Origin: Trichoplax adhaerens | Lineage: Eukaryota; Animalia; Placozoa | NCBI RefSeq assembly: GCF_000150275.1 | Contig: NW_002060946.1 | Coordinates: 3,243,454-3,307,453 of the forward strand | Direction: 5' to 3' | DNA length: 64,000 nt | Shown: piece by piece, positions 40,359-53,950 of the stretch | Numbering within the stretch: the stretch's first letter is position 1 | Layout of the letters: each line of letters opens with the position of its first letter | Made by a program: the position numbers and the translations under genes | The notes under the pieces: generated by a model | Seen by the model: only the letters and a program-made list of their open reading frames with translations | What the model was told of the DNA's origin: nothing | The model's database searches: none

Positions 40359-42441
40359 CTAAGTACGCAATAGAATCTGATCTACAGTTTTGTCATAAAT
40401 TTCGGGCATATTTTCCAAACTTTCATTAACTGTTATCACCTAAAATATTTTAAAAAGTCAATTTATGTAAAGTTAAGTTACCTTCCAATTCAATTCATAC
40501 ATGATTATTAGCATGGACAGTACATGCTCACGCTACTTACATAGTACTAAATTTACGAAGATGTTGTAGAAAACTAATTCTTAACGATCAATAACTGCTA
40601 GTCTACGTACTGTATAGTGCTAATTCTTTACAAAACATACCGTAACTGGACATGGTAGTGTATACTTTCGATGTATGAGCCAATCCTCGTGACGCTGGTG
40701 AAGGCAGCGTATATAGTCCTAGAAATACGTATACAGAATTTATATTTAATTAAGGAATATTAAATATAATAGAACTGGTACAACCTATGCAGATATGTGA
40801 TTTTTTAATACTAATTCAAACCAAGGTAATCCGGTTTTCTTCAACCCTTTGTCTGCGTTTAATTCTTTCATAGCAAATCTCCGGAGCACACTGAAGATAA
40901 ACTAAAAAGAGCACAATGTTAAAATAAATTAAAAAGACTTTTTCAAGCTAAATAAATAAATAAATTTGAGCAAATATCCATCGAGTTTAAAGATTACAAA
41001 GCAATAAATTCAAGCTTTATGGCCAACCTATCATATCGATTTGTGGTCTAACTGCATCTGTAAAATGATCAAAGTAAGCCTGTAATACCCTATATTCGCT
41101 ATCGGACATGAGTTTTCTATGCAAACAGAAATAAAGTATAAAATACTTAAATTTTGAATATTCCAAAGGCACTTATAATGAAAGATTTTCCCTTACTCTG
41201 CTCTTAAATTTTCTACGAAGCAATAATTAGCACTGTACACCGATCTTTCCATTAAGTAAGCTCTCGCAGTCTTGATATGCAGGCCATAATGATATTAAGC
41301 GCATAAAATTACATTTTTATTTACAATGTAGCATCGTAAAAGCTATTACTTGAAATTTATCAACTGTAAAAACTACAGTACTGAGCTATTATTATTATTA
41401 TTATTAATATGCAACATATAATTTTCCACTTACACCGTTTTTCGCCAAAGATGCCACATGCTGATGTCTCTGATACATTGTTATCATGACATACGATTGA
41501 AATAGAAAGCTCCATCTCTTAGGATCTTCATAAAATAGCCCCTAAATAGCATACCAGGTTTACTGATTATTCTGCAGTTTAAGAGCTGTAATATTCTTAA
41601 TGCTATATGATATAGTAGAGTATCTGTTTGATTTCATATAATCTGAAGAAAGCAATATCTAGCAGGTGTGCACATACAAATAGATTGTGATCGCCCAAAT
41701 TTCGCCATTTATCTACAGGTTCTTTAGTAGCCTACGAGGAAAAAATTCGATTTAAACTTGATATGATGATATTAATCATAAACTTGTAACGCTAATATCG
41801 TAATCGTGCTCCATAATGTATTATAAACCTATTCCGTAGATAAGACTGTCGCGATGGAGAAAATACTGCATAGCAGTTCTATTTCGTATACGAGTACAAG
41901 CAAAGATGTTTTACAACAACAAATACGTATCATTATCTCATTGACTTAAGTCATTTACCATCAAGCCATTCATTTGTGAATAATAGTTTATCATCGATGT
42001 CTTGCCGCAACCAATATTACCTTCTATGCAGATCTAGTGCAAAAACCAAAGTGACATTGTACATTATGCACAGTAACTGCAAGTTATAACACTGCAATGC
42101 ACGTACAAGCCGACCCTCAAGGAATATGATAGTACAGTATTCAGCCATTGCGAATACTCATGACGTAAGCAAAGCGAATAAACAAGTTCAACGAGTATCC
42201 TTTCCGCATTTAACTTAGTCTAAAGTAAATGCATTTACATTCTAGCGTCTATATGCTCTTTTAAACTTGCATTTCTTACTCTAGCTACCTTTGCACATTG
42301 CTGAACTGGATTGGTCATTCCATCCGGCTTACAAAAATAGTCGATTGAGCTTAGCTTAGCACATTGTTGGAACACACTTCTACCATTCCAATCCGCTAAA
42401 TTCTTGCTATACTTGCCAATGGAGAAGCCAATTCGATGCAT
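40359..42441 (-). CDS. TK2: Thymidine kinase 2 / deoxynucleoside kinase family
   Basis: P-loop ICIEGNIGCGKTS; EPVDKWRN; FYEDPKRWSFLFQSYV; LMERSVYSANYCFVENL; VYLQCAPEICYERIKRRQRVEE; LHQRHEDWL; stop at 40359-40361. 5' end uncertain. Confidence 0.88.
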
Positions 42442-42748
42442 ATTATAGCTGAGAGTTAATAGCATACGTTACAACTTGAATCATTGCCATTGATCACTGT
42501 ATCAAGCTAAACTAACAGTTTACTGCTGCATCGTCTTCGTTCCTTCTCGCTCTTGCTGCTACGCCAACACTCTGCACGCCAGTTTTTACTTAGCACCTGA
42601 TGTAATAAAGTCGCCTATCCGTCTGTCGGAAACTCATCTCCCTGGTCTTGTCTGTCTGTCTGTCTATTCACTTCATCCAAAAGTCATACTAACTCACCAA
42701 AAACTGACCGTTCGTTTTTTTTTTTCCATTTTTGAGATGGTGGATAGA

Positions 42749-42773
42749 AGGGTTAGGGTTAGGGTTAGGGTTA
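42749..42773 (+). repeat. Short interstitial telomeric repeat (TTAGGG)~4
   Basis: agggttagggttagggttagggtta. Confidence 0.9.
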
Positions 42774-43243
42774 AAACGTGTGTATGCCAACTATTTTGCT
42801 GGTCATTTCATCTAACCCCAGCTTGGTTTTTGTAATTTATACAGTATGATTGATGGTTTCAGTTGGTAAAATAGAGTATAGTAGAATGGGTAAAAAAATG
42901 TTAAGCCTTGAGACAATTTTGGGCACTAAATCTCGGTGGCGAGTTCTGTCCATCTGTCGAACGGCAAGGCGATAGACTTCTTTCCGTGATACCTTGATTG
43001 TATAATTTACACTGGCTACCACGCTCGATCTTGGGGACCTCTACTATGCGTGATCAAACAGTGTAGAAAGTCGTTACCAGGGGCTACTAACCGGGGTAGT
43101 TTGCCCAGGAGGTCAAGCAATCTCCGCCCAGGTCAATGAGGAAAGCCTTAAGCCTTATGCTGGTATTTCTGCAGTTCTCCATCGGAAATTGTCCTGTTAA
43201 GCGTGCATCAATTCATCAATTGAACCTAAATTGAGCTTAGAGT

Positions 43244-45659
43244 ATGTCTGGACTTCGGCATCAAGATAAAGTAGCTTTAATAACTGCAGCTACAGACGGG
43301 TAAGTAGGATAGCACTTTATATTCTACACCACAGCACTGTAATCGATCACATCTCCATGCATCAATAGATATGGAACGAAAATATTCATTGTGATGATTG
43401 ATTGTATATCCAAAGTAACGCTTAAATACTTTCCTATACGTGTTTTAACCAAGTAGTTTGATATTTCTGCCCGTTTATGCATCTTTATTAAATTAGTATT
43501 GGGTATGCAATCGCTGAACGTCTTGGAAAGGAAGGTGCAAAAGTGGTCATCAGTAGCAGGAAACAGAAAAATGTTGATGCCGCGGTCAATAATTTACGCC
43601 AACAAGGAATAGAAGTCATGGGTCTTGTTTGTCACGTTGGTAAAAAAGAGCATCGTGAGGCACTTATTCAAGAAGTATGCATTCCCTACGGATAGTGATC
43701 AATCGTAACTATTTAACCAAGGCCAATGATTTCTATCTTTAAATTTTGCCAGTACGAGTATTACATGTACTGTACTGCGTTACTGAATCAATTTGCAAAA
43801 CCGTTACGCGATAACATGACACATCTTAAGAGATCCGGAAGTCGATATTTCATTAGATAAAATTTAGCTCTTCCTGTGATACTGCTATATACCGGAATAA
43901 ATAATAATTTTAGGCATTGATTGACTTTTAGGATTTGATAAAATGTTAATTTTTTAAAATGCAAAGAGACGGAACACTCAGGGTGCAATCAGTAGTAGAT
44001 AAACTCAATTTGGGGGTGGGGGCGGGGGTTCGGTACTTTTTGTGAATGAAATTTATTACTGTCTATACGAAGTTTGAAATACTTTAATCGTAATTAATTA
44101 ATTAAGACCAACGATTCTTCCTTTAAATTTTATCAGTATTGTACTACACGTAGTTATTACTGACTAAATTTGAGAGCTGGGTTCTTTCTGTTGAATAATA
44201 AAATTTAATTTCCCATTTATTACTATCTACACGAAGTATGAAGCACCTTTACTCCTTGTTGTTAGCCAAAGTAATATGTTATAACGAAAGCATCAATAGA
44301 ATCATCTTGCAAGTTAGCAACTACTTAGTGATGCTCCTAATGCTTGTATTTCTAGACAGTAGCAAAATATGGTGGTATCGATATTCTGGTATCGAATGCA
44401 GCTGTTAACCCAGTTTATGGGCCAATGTTAAAGGTATGCGTGCTCTGCGTATAACATACAACATTGCATATGAATAATCAGTCATATAAGTCAATAATTG
44501 TCAATTTCAAACATTCATGAAGCAAGATCATAATCAAACGTACAATTTGTGCTGTAGGTTACAACTGAAGAAGCATGGGATAAGGTAAAGGCCATTTTGC
44601 ATATCTGTAAACTAATTTGTAGATGTGACTACTTGCTCTTTGTATTCAACATACTAAATTGTAGCATATATTTGCGTATGAGATCAAGTTATGAATCACT
44701 AGCATATGATGAATGCATGAGAGTAACTATAATTATTACAATAATATAACCAATTTGGCACATGCAGTTGCTGCTACCACTATTAATATCTTCATTATAT
44801 CTTGTAGATTTTCGATATCAATGTTAAGGCGTCCTTCTTTCTGGTAAAGTCAGCGATGCCGTATATGAAAAATCGCAAGTATTGCTTACTCTGATAAAAT
44901 TTTTTCCCTTTGTAATGTTTACCAAGATATTGCGATTCAATTCCGTAAACGAAAAACTTACCATAATAGCTGAGATAGTCATTGTAGTGATACTGTTTAT
45001 GATATTAGAGGTGCATCCGTAATATTGGTATCGTCAATTGGTGGATTTACACCTGACAAAGTAAGTTTTCATAAACGAATATATAGATTTTGTATGATAA
45101 ACAGCATTTCTTGGATATAACTCAATTGACTGCACAAAATTTCAATATAGAGTCTTGGAGCTTATAGTACTAGTAAGACGGCAATGTTTGGATTGGTTAA
45201 GAATTTAGCTGTAGAATGTGCTGAATTTGGCGTAAGGGTCAATGGTTTAGCACCAGGCTTAATCAAAACGCGATTTAGTAAACAAGTAATAAGCCATTCT
45301 TATATTTAAATTACATGCACGCTTTGCTCATTATTAAAGCATAAACATCTATTCTTTTACTGTAAGCTATGGGACGGCCGTGAAAGTGAAGCTGTAGGTT
45401 TTTCTATACCATTAGGAAGGTAAGAGCTTAGTACTGATCTATTTACGAGTTATACTGATGTTAATGCAGTATACGAGCTGCTAATCTTTGATGTTCTAGC
45501 GGTGTTGCATCTCCAACACTAATATAAACACTATTCATGTTTAGGATTGGTTTACCAGAAGATTGTGGTGCAGTGGTATCATTTCTCGCTTCAGATGATG
45601 CTGCCTTCGTTGTTGGTGAGAATATCGTAGCAGCAGGTGGCCAGTTATCAAGACTATAA
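43244..45659 (+). CDS. DHRS4: Dehydrogenase/reductase SDR family member 4, peroxisomal
   Basis: MSGLRHQDKVALITAATDG|IGYAIAERLGKEGAKVVISSRKQKNVD; GGIDILVSNAAVNP; catalytic YSTSK; RVNGLAPGLIKTRFS; C-terminal PTS1 -SRL*. Confidence 0.94.
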
Positions 45660-46540
45660 GGCTATTGCAAATACGAATAGCTGATTTTACCTCTGCAACA
45701 TGTTACTGAAATCAATTCACAACCTTTTAGTCGCTATAATGAATTCATGAACTTATAGTTTATCAATGTAATAATATTGTAATATGCTTCGTACAGCTGT
45801 TATTTAGAATATTTTTTGCTCAAATAAAAGTACATGCAAAGAATTCCTTTCAAGTAAAACCTTTATCGATACTTGACTTTAATTTGTTTTTCAACTGGAT
45901 CTATTACGTAAATACACCATTTTTATGGATTAACTCTTACTGTATATCCTGGCTATAGCTACCTTCACAAGTTTTATGAAGTGCAATAATTCTATTACAC
46001 TGCAATTTTGGAAGACCAGTCTTCTGATATAATTATGTATCATACATGCAGCTACCCTTGTACCAGTTATAATACATGTAAAGTAACATCTGTTGCATGT
46101 ACGTATCATAAATTCTTAAATTGAAGTCTAACCCTGGATCAAACAGATTAATCAATACATGTATGCTGATGTTCACGAACGACATGGATAGTTTACGGCT
46201 TAGTACTTTCTCTAGGGGTATAACGAATTATAATGATATTATTTGTTTTATGATCGCCAGATAATCATCAGCGATCAATACGAGGTCAGTTGAGTTGAAT
46301 CTGGCTGTTTGGCCATATCCATCAGTCTAAGACTAACCAAAGATTTTAAACTTGACGTTACTAGTGTTTGGTATAATAAAAATTTGTTGTCAGATGGACC
46401 ATGGTGAAAATGTGATGCTGTAAAATTACGTTACTACAGAGACTTAAAGATTCACATACGAGTGTACAAGTATCTATTTACATCAATTTTATTCTGCAAT
46501 AATTCACGATATAATACACAGTATTCAAAATTTGGGTCAA

Positions 46541-47533
46541 CTACCCCACCATAGTTCGCTTTCTACCACGCAACCTTACTTCATCTAACTTTTTTAAAGC
46601 CTCCGATGATCCTTTGAATGTTTTATAAGTATCCAAGATCACTTTGAATGCATCTTCAGTATTAGGGTGGGTGCTAAGAAAGGCTCTTTCCAAAACGTAC
46701 AAATCGACTCCTTTATCCTCAGCTAATGACGAGATGCTGCTCAATCCAAAATCGATTAGCACCAAGTCAGCTATTTCAATATCATTAGTTTTCTTTAATA
46801 GCATATTTGAAGTAGTTAAATCACCATGAATGACTTGTATATTATGCATTGAAGCAAGAATAGTTCCAATAATTTTGGCAAGTTTACGCAAGTTGCTTTC
46901 TTTATCTTCTTTCAGTGAATTGATATAATCTCTGACCGTAATCGAATTTTGTACCTCTTCCATATAAATCTTGTAATCGTTTGAATCGATGAAAAAGACT
47001 ACAGAATATTTACCATAAACACAGTAAAAGTATAAATTAATAAATGCAAGCTGATTTAAGCATACGAGTATTAACCTTGATGGATATGCAGTACGTCAGC
47101 TAGTCAAATATTGTACGAGAATATTGTCACTAATTGCTATAAAACTTTGTGAGTGCAAGGCAAACAATCTGAAGTTAAGACCTTTTCATAACATGATAAA
47201 TGTAGATTTACGCTATCCCAGGTGCAGTAGAATCAAGAGTGGATAACAAGACTGAAAGTAGTATCATAGCAAAGCAATAATAAGTTTAAATCGCTCGTTT
47301 AAATTACCTGTTGGTGTTGCAATTCCAGCTTTCCGGCAACGATGCATCGAACGCACCTCTTGCATCGTACGCTTATGTCTGAGTTTATCATCCAATACAT
47401 TGTGTCTAAACTTCTTTTTAAATCGTTCCTTCACGATAGTTGGTCGGCCTAGGAAATCAGCGGCATAAATTCTGGCTTCTGCACCCTGCTTTATTAATCG
47501 AAGGGCCGAACTACCTTCTGACTCGACGTCCAT
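46541..47533 (-). CDS. TP53RK: KEOPS/EKC complex kinase TP53RK (Bud32/PRPK), 2 exons, 227 aa
   Basis: Exons 47533-47308 and 46998-46541; [50 protein letters not shown]-terminal [12 protein letters not shown]. Confidence 0.97.
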
Positions 47534-49202
47534 TGCTACTTTCTCTAGTAATCCCTGTTGCTACTCTCTTCTACGAACCTTCCCAACGTATTGCTACCAT
47601 GGCAATGGATTCTAGTCCTATAAAATATATTCCTTGGCTAGGCATGTATGCGTATGTACCGCATTATCACAATCGTGGCTACGGTACTCATACGCTACTG
47701 CGCATTCCCTATAATAGACTATTGATTCAGTATTGATTGAATGAAAGGTTTTTATGATCATCAGTCCTACAACAAATTATATTATAATTGGGTAGTGCAA
47801 GATTTCTCCAATGGCAGCGATATAGACTAATCAGAGAGAGAACAAATTGGTAGAGATTAGACAGAATCGCTAGGGTTTCTGGTGATGAGAATATTACATT
47901 CCAACACCATTGATACTATCTATGGACTGCAAAATGAATCACCATCAGTATTTCAGGTTCTCAAATGGACCTCTGCAAATTGTGTCAACATACAACTCCA
48001 TTGCACATATTAAATAGTAGAAAAGTTAATCTCTATGTAATAAATGCGTCTCACAATAACTATCTTAGTCAAATGGTATTTTCTTAAAGGCTTTTATTAC
48101 CAGGTTTTAGGAATAGTACTGTAAAGCAATAATTAATTACTACAAGAATCTAGTCTAAAATCGAAAGTATTGCGAGCTCAAAGCGAAGTGAAGTCTCTTC
48201 TCTCCCGTGAGCTCATCTCTGCACTTCTTATTAACATTTCATTAAATCCATTTATGACAACTTGATTAATTTCCAATCAGACATGAGTCATCGAACAAAA
48301 TACTTTTCTCTAATAGTACATCATTACCTATCTAATAAATCATTCTACTTGAAATGTCACTACTCTTCTATTAACGTCTAGGCCCTTTCTCCGAAGGGCA
48401 TCTTAACAACTACAGTGTTTCTAGCTACATAAATGTTGTACCATAATTAGTCAACTGGCTACTATTAGCCATCAACAATTTCTAATATAGTAGTTAGCAA
48501 TCGTCTAATATTAGCTTCACGATAATATCTATTCAAAGTATCCTAACTATATCAAATATGGGTGCATCACTATACTCTAATTCCCTATTATACTGTAACC
48601 TGAATTCGGGTCAAAACTGTACTGCAAGTGCAACTACAGATCTGTATTAAAATATTTATTCTATTCTATCTTACCTTAATAATCATAATTAATTATAGTT
48701 TATGATTTAATAATAAAATACACTTTTAAATACAAGTATTGAAAGAAACAAGGATTAATATATCAAGTTTTTTATTAACTACGTATAGCAGTACATATTC
48801 TATCTCATAGATTTAGAAAATTCGAATGATATACGGTACACACAAAAATGAATACCTAGGTGGTGTTGATATACGATCGGTTATTAAGACAAATTTCACT
48901 TGTACCCATTTTAACTGCCTGCTGGTTACTGAAGCATTAATAGCTTAGACTGAAAATTACTAAATTTTATCACTTCTATATTTAAATAGCAATTATAAAA
49001 AAATGCTAAGAGTGTGCTGTATCTTTGTAGATGCTAACGCTTTCAGATTATTATTTTAAACCCCACTACAGTACAACTTAGAATATTTTTATCAAGAAAA
49101 AATTGGTACTATTATAATTAACTAGTGCAAACTCCCGTCGCTTTACTGACGGTTTACGATAATGTGCTCATTTGACATCTTATAGTGCATTCTTCGCGAT
49201 AC

Positions 49203-51374
49203 TCATGACGATTCTGAGCATAGTTTCCAGATTGACGAATTATTATAGTAGTTGACAACATTTTTACTCGGGTTATCTGTTGATTCGGCAGCAAAATTCT
49301 CTGCAATGATTCTCATAGCTTTTGCTACATCTTTGACATGCATAGATGTCATTATTGCACCTTGAAAATACGGAAAATTCAATTAGGATTACTATTTCTT
49401 AAAATAATTTATCTGTGCAACCAAATGAATATACGTCTTTCATTCATACGTAGCGAGTAGTACAGGTATATGAATCTAGAAATACTTACCAGCAAACTTT
49501 TCCATCATTCCTCGTTTCATTCCTCTATCCAACATACCAGGACGAAAGCAAGAGAAGCAAGGAAAATTTAGCTTAGCTATCTGCTCGTCAGCCTAATAGA
49601 TGGAAATGTGATGCTTATGGTAAGTTCACCATAATGACATATCATCATCGTAGAATTAGTCACAAAACTGACCTGTCCTTTTAGTTTCATATATGTAAAC
49701 ATAGAGCCAGCACTTGCGCCTTGAGTTGACACAATGAGCATATGTTTAACGCCACATTGGTGTGCAAAACCAGCCAATTTAGTAGCGTAATCTCGATGAA
49801 CTTTGAGATATGTTTCCTATAATTGTCAATATACTAGTATATCAACAGTGGAGAATGCTGCGAGCAATTGATTCATCCACTGTAACACTTTAATTGGGTA
49901 GTTAATGCATTCATGGACTTACAGAGTCTACAGAGGCCTTTTTGGCACCGATTGCGGAGAAAAAGGCATGGGCTCCTTCAAAGTATTGCTTTGCACTTTC
50001 GAAATCCAATTTATCGAATTCTGAAATAGATAGTCCAAATTTTACATTTATGTCAGTTGTTAAAGTTGCAACCGTCTAAAACTATGCCATATTACATTAA
50101 AACACTCACTTTCCATATGTGCATGTATACATACGGGTACATAAGTCAGTAGGTTGATTGCTGGTCATATGACAACGATATTTTAGAATACAACAATCAT
50201 TTCTATACTACAGAACCTTGAAAATCAATTTCATGATGATTGTTTGAGCTGTAGAAGGCAGCACCTTGGCTTTACCTTATCTTAAATTAACGCAGAACTG
50301 AACATTTTAAATTAAACGATACCGATGTTGTCAAACGTTTGGCTGCAAATTTTGCTATTTACCACAATATCAGTAGTTAGCCAAGTAGCAATACTGAGAT
50401 GGACGTTTAATGATGTGATTGTCTCTGAGGGAAAGATAACAAGAAGTTTAGTTTCCTGTAAAACCCTACTTGTTGTACTCTCACCTCTTTTTCTAATCCT
50501 AACCCCAACTTAAGACAATCGTACAATCTAAAACGCGATCTGTTTGGGACTACAAAATGGACATGCAACAAAGGCAAACGTATAACATGCTAATACAACG
50601 GTCATGAGTGTGTCTTTACTGACAGTAAAAGAAGTATGCCAGTTAATTGGTAGTGAGTGGCAAGTAAGTTGCAGTTGCAATGAGTTCGCTAACTACCAAG
50701 CAGGGTCCTCACAGCAGTATTACTTACCGACAACTTCCTGAATTAACCTGCCAGAATTTTCCTCTTGTTCTTGATCCACTCCATACTCGGGCAATAACGT
50801 TGCACGACGTCTGCCAAGGGCGGTAACTTGCGTGAAATTCTACAATAACCCAAAAGAATACGATCGGTTGAAAATGTTTGCATAAACTTTGATGTAGCCA
50901 ATATCCCATCAAAAACATCAAGATTGGATATAGTTGTACAATTGAACTGCAGTGAAAATAGACAAAACGACCTTGATCCAACTGGTAGAGCCAACGACTG
51001 ATAGCACAACTAAGTCTACTGCACTCTTCTACAGTACTCTGTAAACGAGTATGCAAAGCATCGTGACTTATGGGTCTACTAGAAACAGTTAAAACAACAC
51101 ACTTATCCCAATCCTATAATTTAGGTTTTAGTTGATCATAGCACAAGCCATTATTGTTACTTATTTAGCAAGTGATCCAACCATCATGAAGAGTATACAG
51201 TACGTATATTCGAATACATTCGACACTGAAGGGAGATTAATCCGTCTGTCGTTACTACCACACAATTAACCAATATACTCGTCTTACCTTAGATTTCAGT
51301 ATTTCTCCTAAAATTCGACTACCTGTGGGTCCGGTAGCACCAATAACAACTGCTTTAATGGAGGAAGTCGACAT
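49203..51374 (-). CDS. HTATIP2: HTATIP2/TIP30 (CC3)-like NAD(P)-binding oxidoreductase
   Basis: MSTSSIKAVVIGATGPTG...LKSK|NFTQVTALGRR...LIQEVV|EFDKL...AFFSAIG|...KVHRDY...GVKHMLIVSTQGASAGSMFTYMKLKGQ|ADEQIAKLNF...FRPGMLDR|...HVKDVAKAM; stop at 49203-49205. Confidence 0.85.
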
Positions 51375-51709
51375 TTTTGCAAGAGTAAATATCAAGCTTG
51401 GAGAGATCTCGATGGCATCAAGAACGTTGGCTGCAGCTTTTTATTTGCATATACTGACGTCATACTAGTGGTAAAGTAAGCGCAGGTTACTGCTTGTATC
51501 ACCTAATCCGTGTCAAGGCATTTTGACCTTGGTGTGGCAGTATGAAATCGTCTCAGTAGTAGTTTTACCTAATTGGTACTATGTGCGTTAGCTTATGTAT
51601 GCACACACTATAGACGTAGAAGACGAGTGAATGCTACATAATACTATCGTAATTGTCGCTTATCAGCGCTAAGTAGACACTATTTCTATTTCCATTATTT
51701 TAATTAATT

Positions 51710-53055
51710 ACTCACATCGTATTTTCAAAATTCTTGAATATCCAATACTAGATCACTTTCCATAAAATATACTTCAGTTGGAACAGTAAATTAGACTATG
51801 TGCGACCAGAGATTTGGATTAATTTAATCACTCATATGGTATTTTTTAAATTTTTGAATATCGAAATGTATTTTAGTTACTCAATTCAAATTAGACCAAC
51901 TAGGAAATTGGATTATTTGAATCACTCATATGGTATTTTCTAAATTTTTGAATATCAAAATACGTTTTAGTTACGAAAGTCAAATCAACTAGGGACTTGG
52001 ATTATCATAATCACTCACATGGTATTTTCTAAATTTTTGAATATCAAAATACGTTTTAGTTACTAAAGTCAAATCAACTAGGGACTTGGATTATCATAAT
52101 CACTCACATGGTATTTTCTAAATTTTTGAATATCAAAATACTTTTTAGTGACTAAACTCACATCAATTAGGGACTTGGATTATCATAATCACTCACATGG
52201 TATTTTCTAAATTTTTCAATATCAAAATACGTTTTAGTGACTAAACTCACATCAATTAGGGACTTGAATTATCTTAATCACTCACATGGTATTTTCTAAA
52301 TTTTTCAATATCGAAATAGGTTTTAGTTACTAAACTCAAATCAACTAGGCACTTGGATTATTTTAATCACTCACATGGTACTTTTCTTTACCGTGTTTTC
52401 AAAATTTTTGAATATCAAAATATGTTTTAGTTACTCAATCCAAATTAGACTATATCCAAATAGGGACTTGGATTACTTTAATCACTCACATAGTATTTTC
52501 AGAATTTTTGAATATCGAAATATGTTTCAGTTACTAAATTTAAATTAGAGTATGTCCAACTAGGGACTTGGATTATTTTGGTCACTCACATCATATTTTT
52601 AAAATTTTTGAATATTAAAATATGTTTTAGTCACCAAATTAAAATTAGACTACGCGTATGTCCGACTTGGGACTTGGATCATTTTGGTCACTCACATTGT
52701 ATTTTCGAAATTTTTGAATATCTAATACTAGATCACTTTCCATAAAATATCTTTCAGTTACTCAATTAACATTAGACTATGTCCAACCAGGGACTTGGAT
52801 TATTATTTTAATTCACTCACATCATATTTTCAAAATTTTTGAATATCTAATGCGTACTAGATCACTTTCCACAAAATATGTTTTAGTTACTAAATTAAAA
52901 TTAGACTGTTTTCAACCAGGGACTTGGATTATTATTTTAACTACTCATATAGTATTTTCAAAATTTTTGAATATCTAATGCGTACTAGATCACTTTTCAC
53001 AAAATATATTTCAGTTACTAAATTAAAATGCGACTACGTTCAACCAGGGACTTGT
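51710..53055. repeat. Intergenic minisatellite, ~89 bp core unit (up to ~130 bp at the right end), ~13-14 copies
   Basis: 'gggacttggattat...aatcactcacatggtattttctaaatttttgaatatc.aaata.gttttagttac' recurs at ~51992, 52081, 52170, 52259, 52348, 52463, 52563, 52670, 52790, 52919, 53047. Confidence 0.92.
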
Positions 53056-53244
53056 ACTTACTTAATTCTAATTAATGATAAAGATTGAATGGGTCAACAG
53101 TGGTGAAATTTCCTGAGTAGAGTGTAGCAAATCCTTAATACATACTAGTATCAAACGTACACAATCGCAATATACGAAATAAAGGCGTTCAGAACGGTGT
53201 ATTTGGTTTTCGTCATAGGGTTTATTTGAAATGACGCCAGGCCA

Positions 53245-53432
53245 TGGCCAGTAGACCTGACCAAATATGCACGATCATGTCAGAAATCTTAAGTAAATAA
53301 TTTCATATCATCCCATCTCATACTACTTTCAATCCCTCCAAGACTTTGAAGGTAGTATGAAATGGAATGATATGAAGTTGTTTAGCTAAGACTTCTGATA
53401 TTGACGTGCATTTTGGTCAGGTCTAATGGCCA
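53245..53432. mobile_element. Foldback/MITE-like near-perfect inverted repeat (~188 bp)
   Basis: The left arm tggccagtagacctgaccaaatatgcacg...tttcatatcatcccatctcatactactttcaa pairs with the right arm ttgaaggtagtatgaaatggaatgatatgaag...cgtgcattttggtcaggtctaatggcca around a short loop. Confidence 0.7.
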
Positions 53433-53649
53433 GAAATAAGCAGAACTACCGTAGTATTTCTGCTAGTAATTTACTAGTTCTCTCATGAAGAAGTAACTAA
53501 ACAACTGCGGCTGTATTTAATGAGTACTAATGAGTCCTGGGTTAATCATGCTTAACGCAACTTGAATTTCTACTCCACTTGACTTGGATTAAAATATGGC
53601 AGCTTTTCACTCTTCAGGCCATACTAATTCTACGCGTTTTTATTTATTC

Positions 53650-53950
53650 ATGAACGATAAATTAATATATAAACACTGCTGATGTTGACAGTTATAGCCT
53701 AAAATAGTACACTGTATTATGAAATTGCTACAATGAACGACAAACTAATATACAAATACTGATGATGTTGACAGTTATAGCATAAAGTTGTGCTGTATTA
53801 TGAAATTGTAAATGAAGATATTGGGCTATTCACTAGGCCTTTATGATCTAACACCTTATTAATTGGCGATAAATTAATATGCAAATACTCCTAATGTTGA
53901 CAGTTATTATAGAAAGTAGTGGTGTACTGTATTATTAAATTGTAAAGGAA
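53650..53950. repeat. Degenerate triple repeat
   Basis: 'gataaattaatat..aaa.act..tgatgttgacagttata....gt.ctgtatta.gaaattg' occurs three times. Confidence 0.7.

Noticed and set aside
42805-42830. Telomerase RNA template candidate (ctaacccc)
   Set aside because: It is not a 1.5-repeat CUAACCCU template, and I recognise no pseudoknot or P6.1.
43090-43150. Resemblance to the SRP (7SL) S-domain (ttgcccaggagg...gcccaggtc) and weakly to the U1 5' end
   Set aside because: The GNRA tetraloop with its AGCAG partner and the Alu domain are missing; there is no U1 ACUUACCUG or Sm site.
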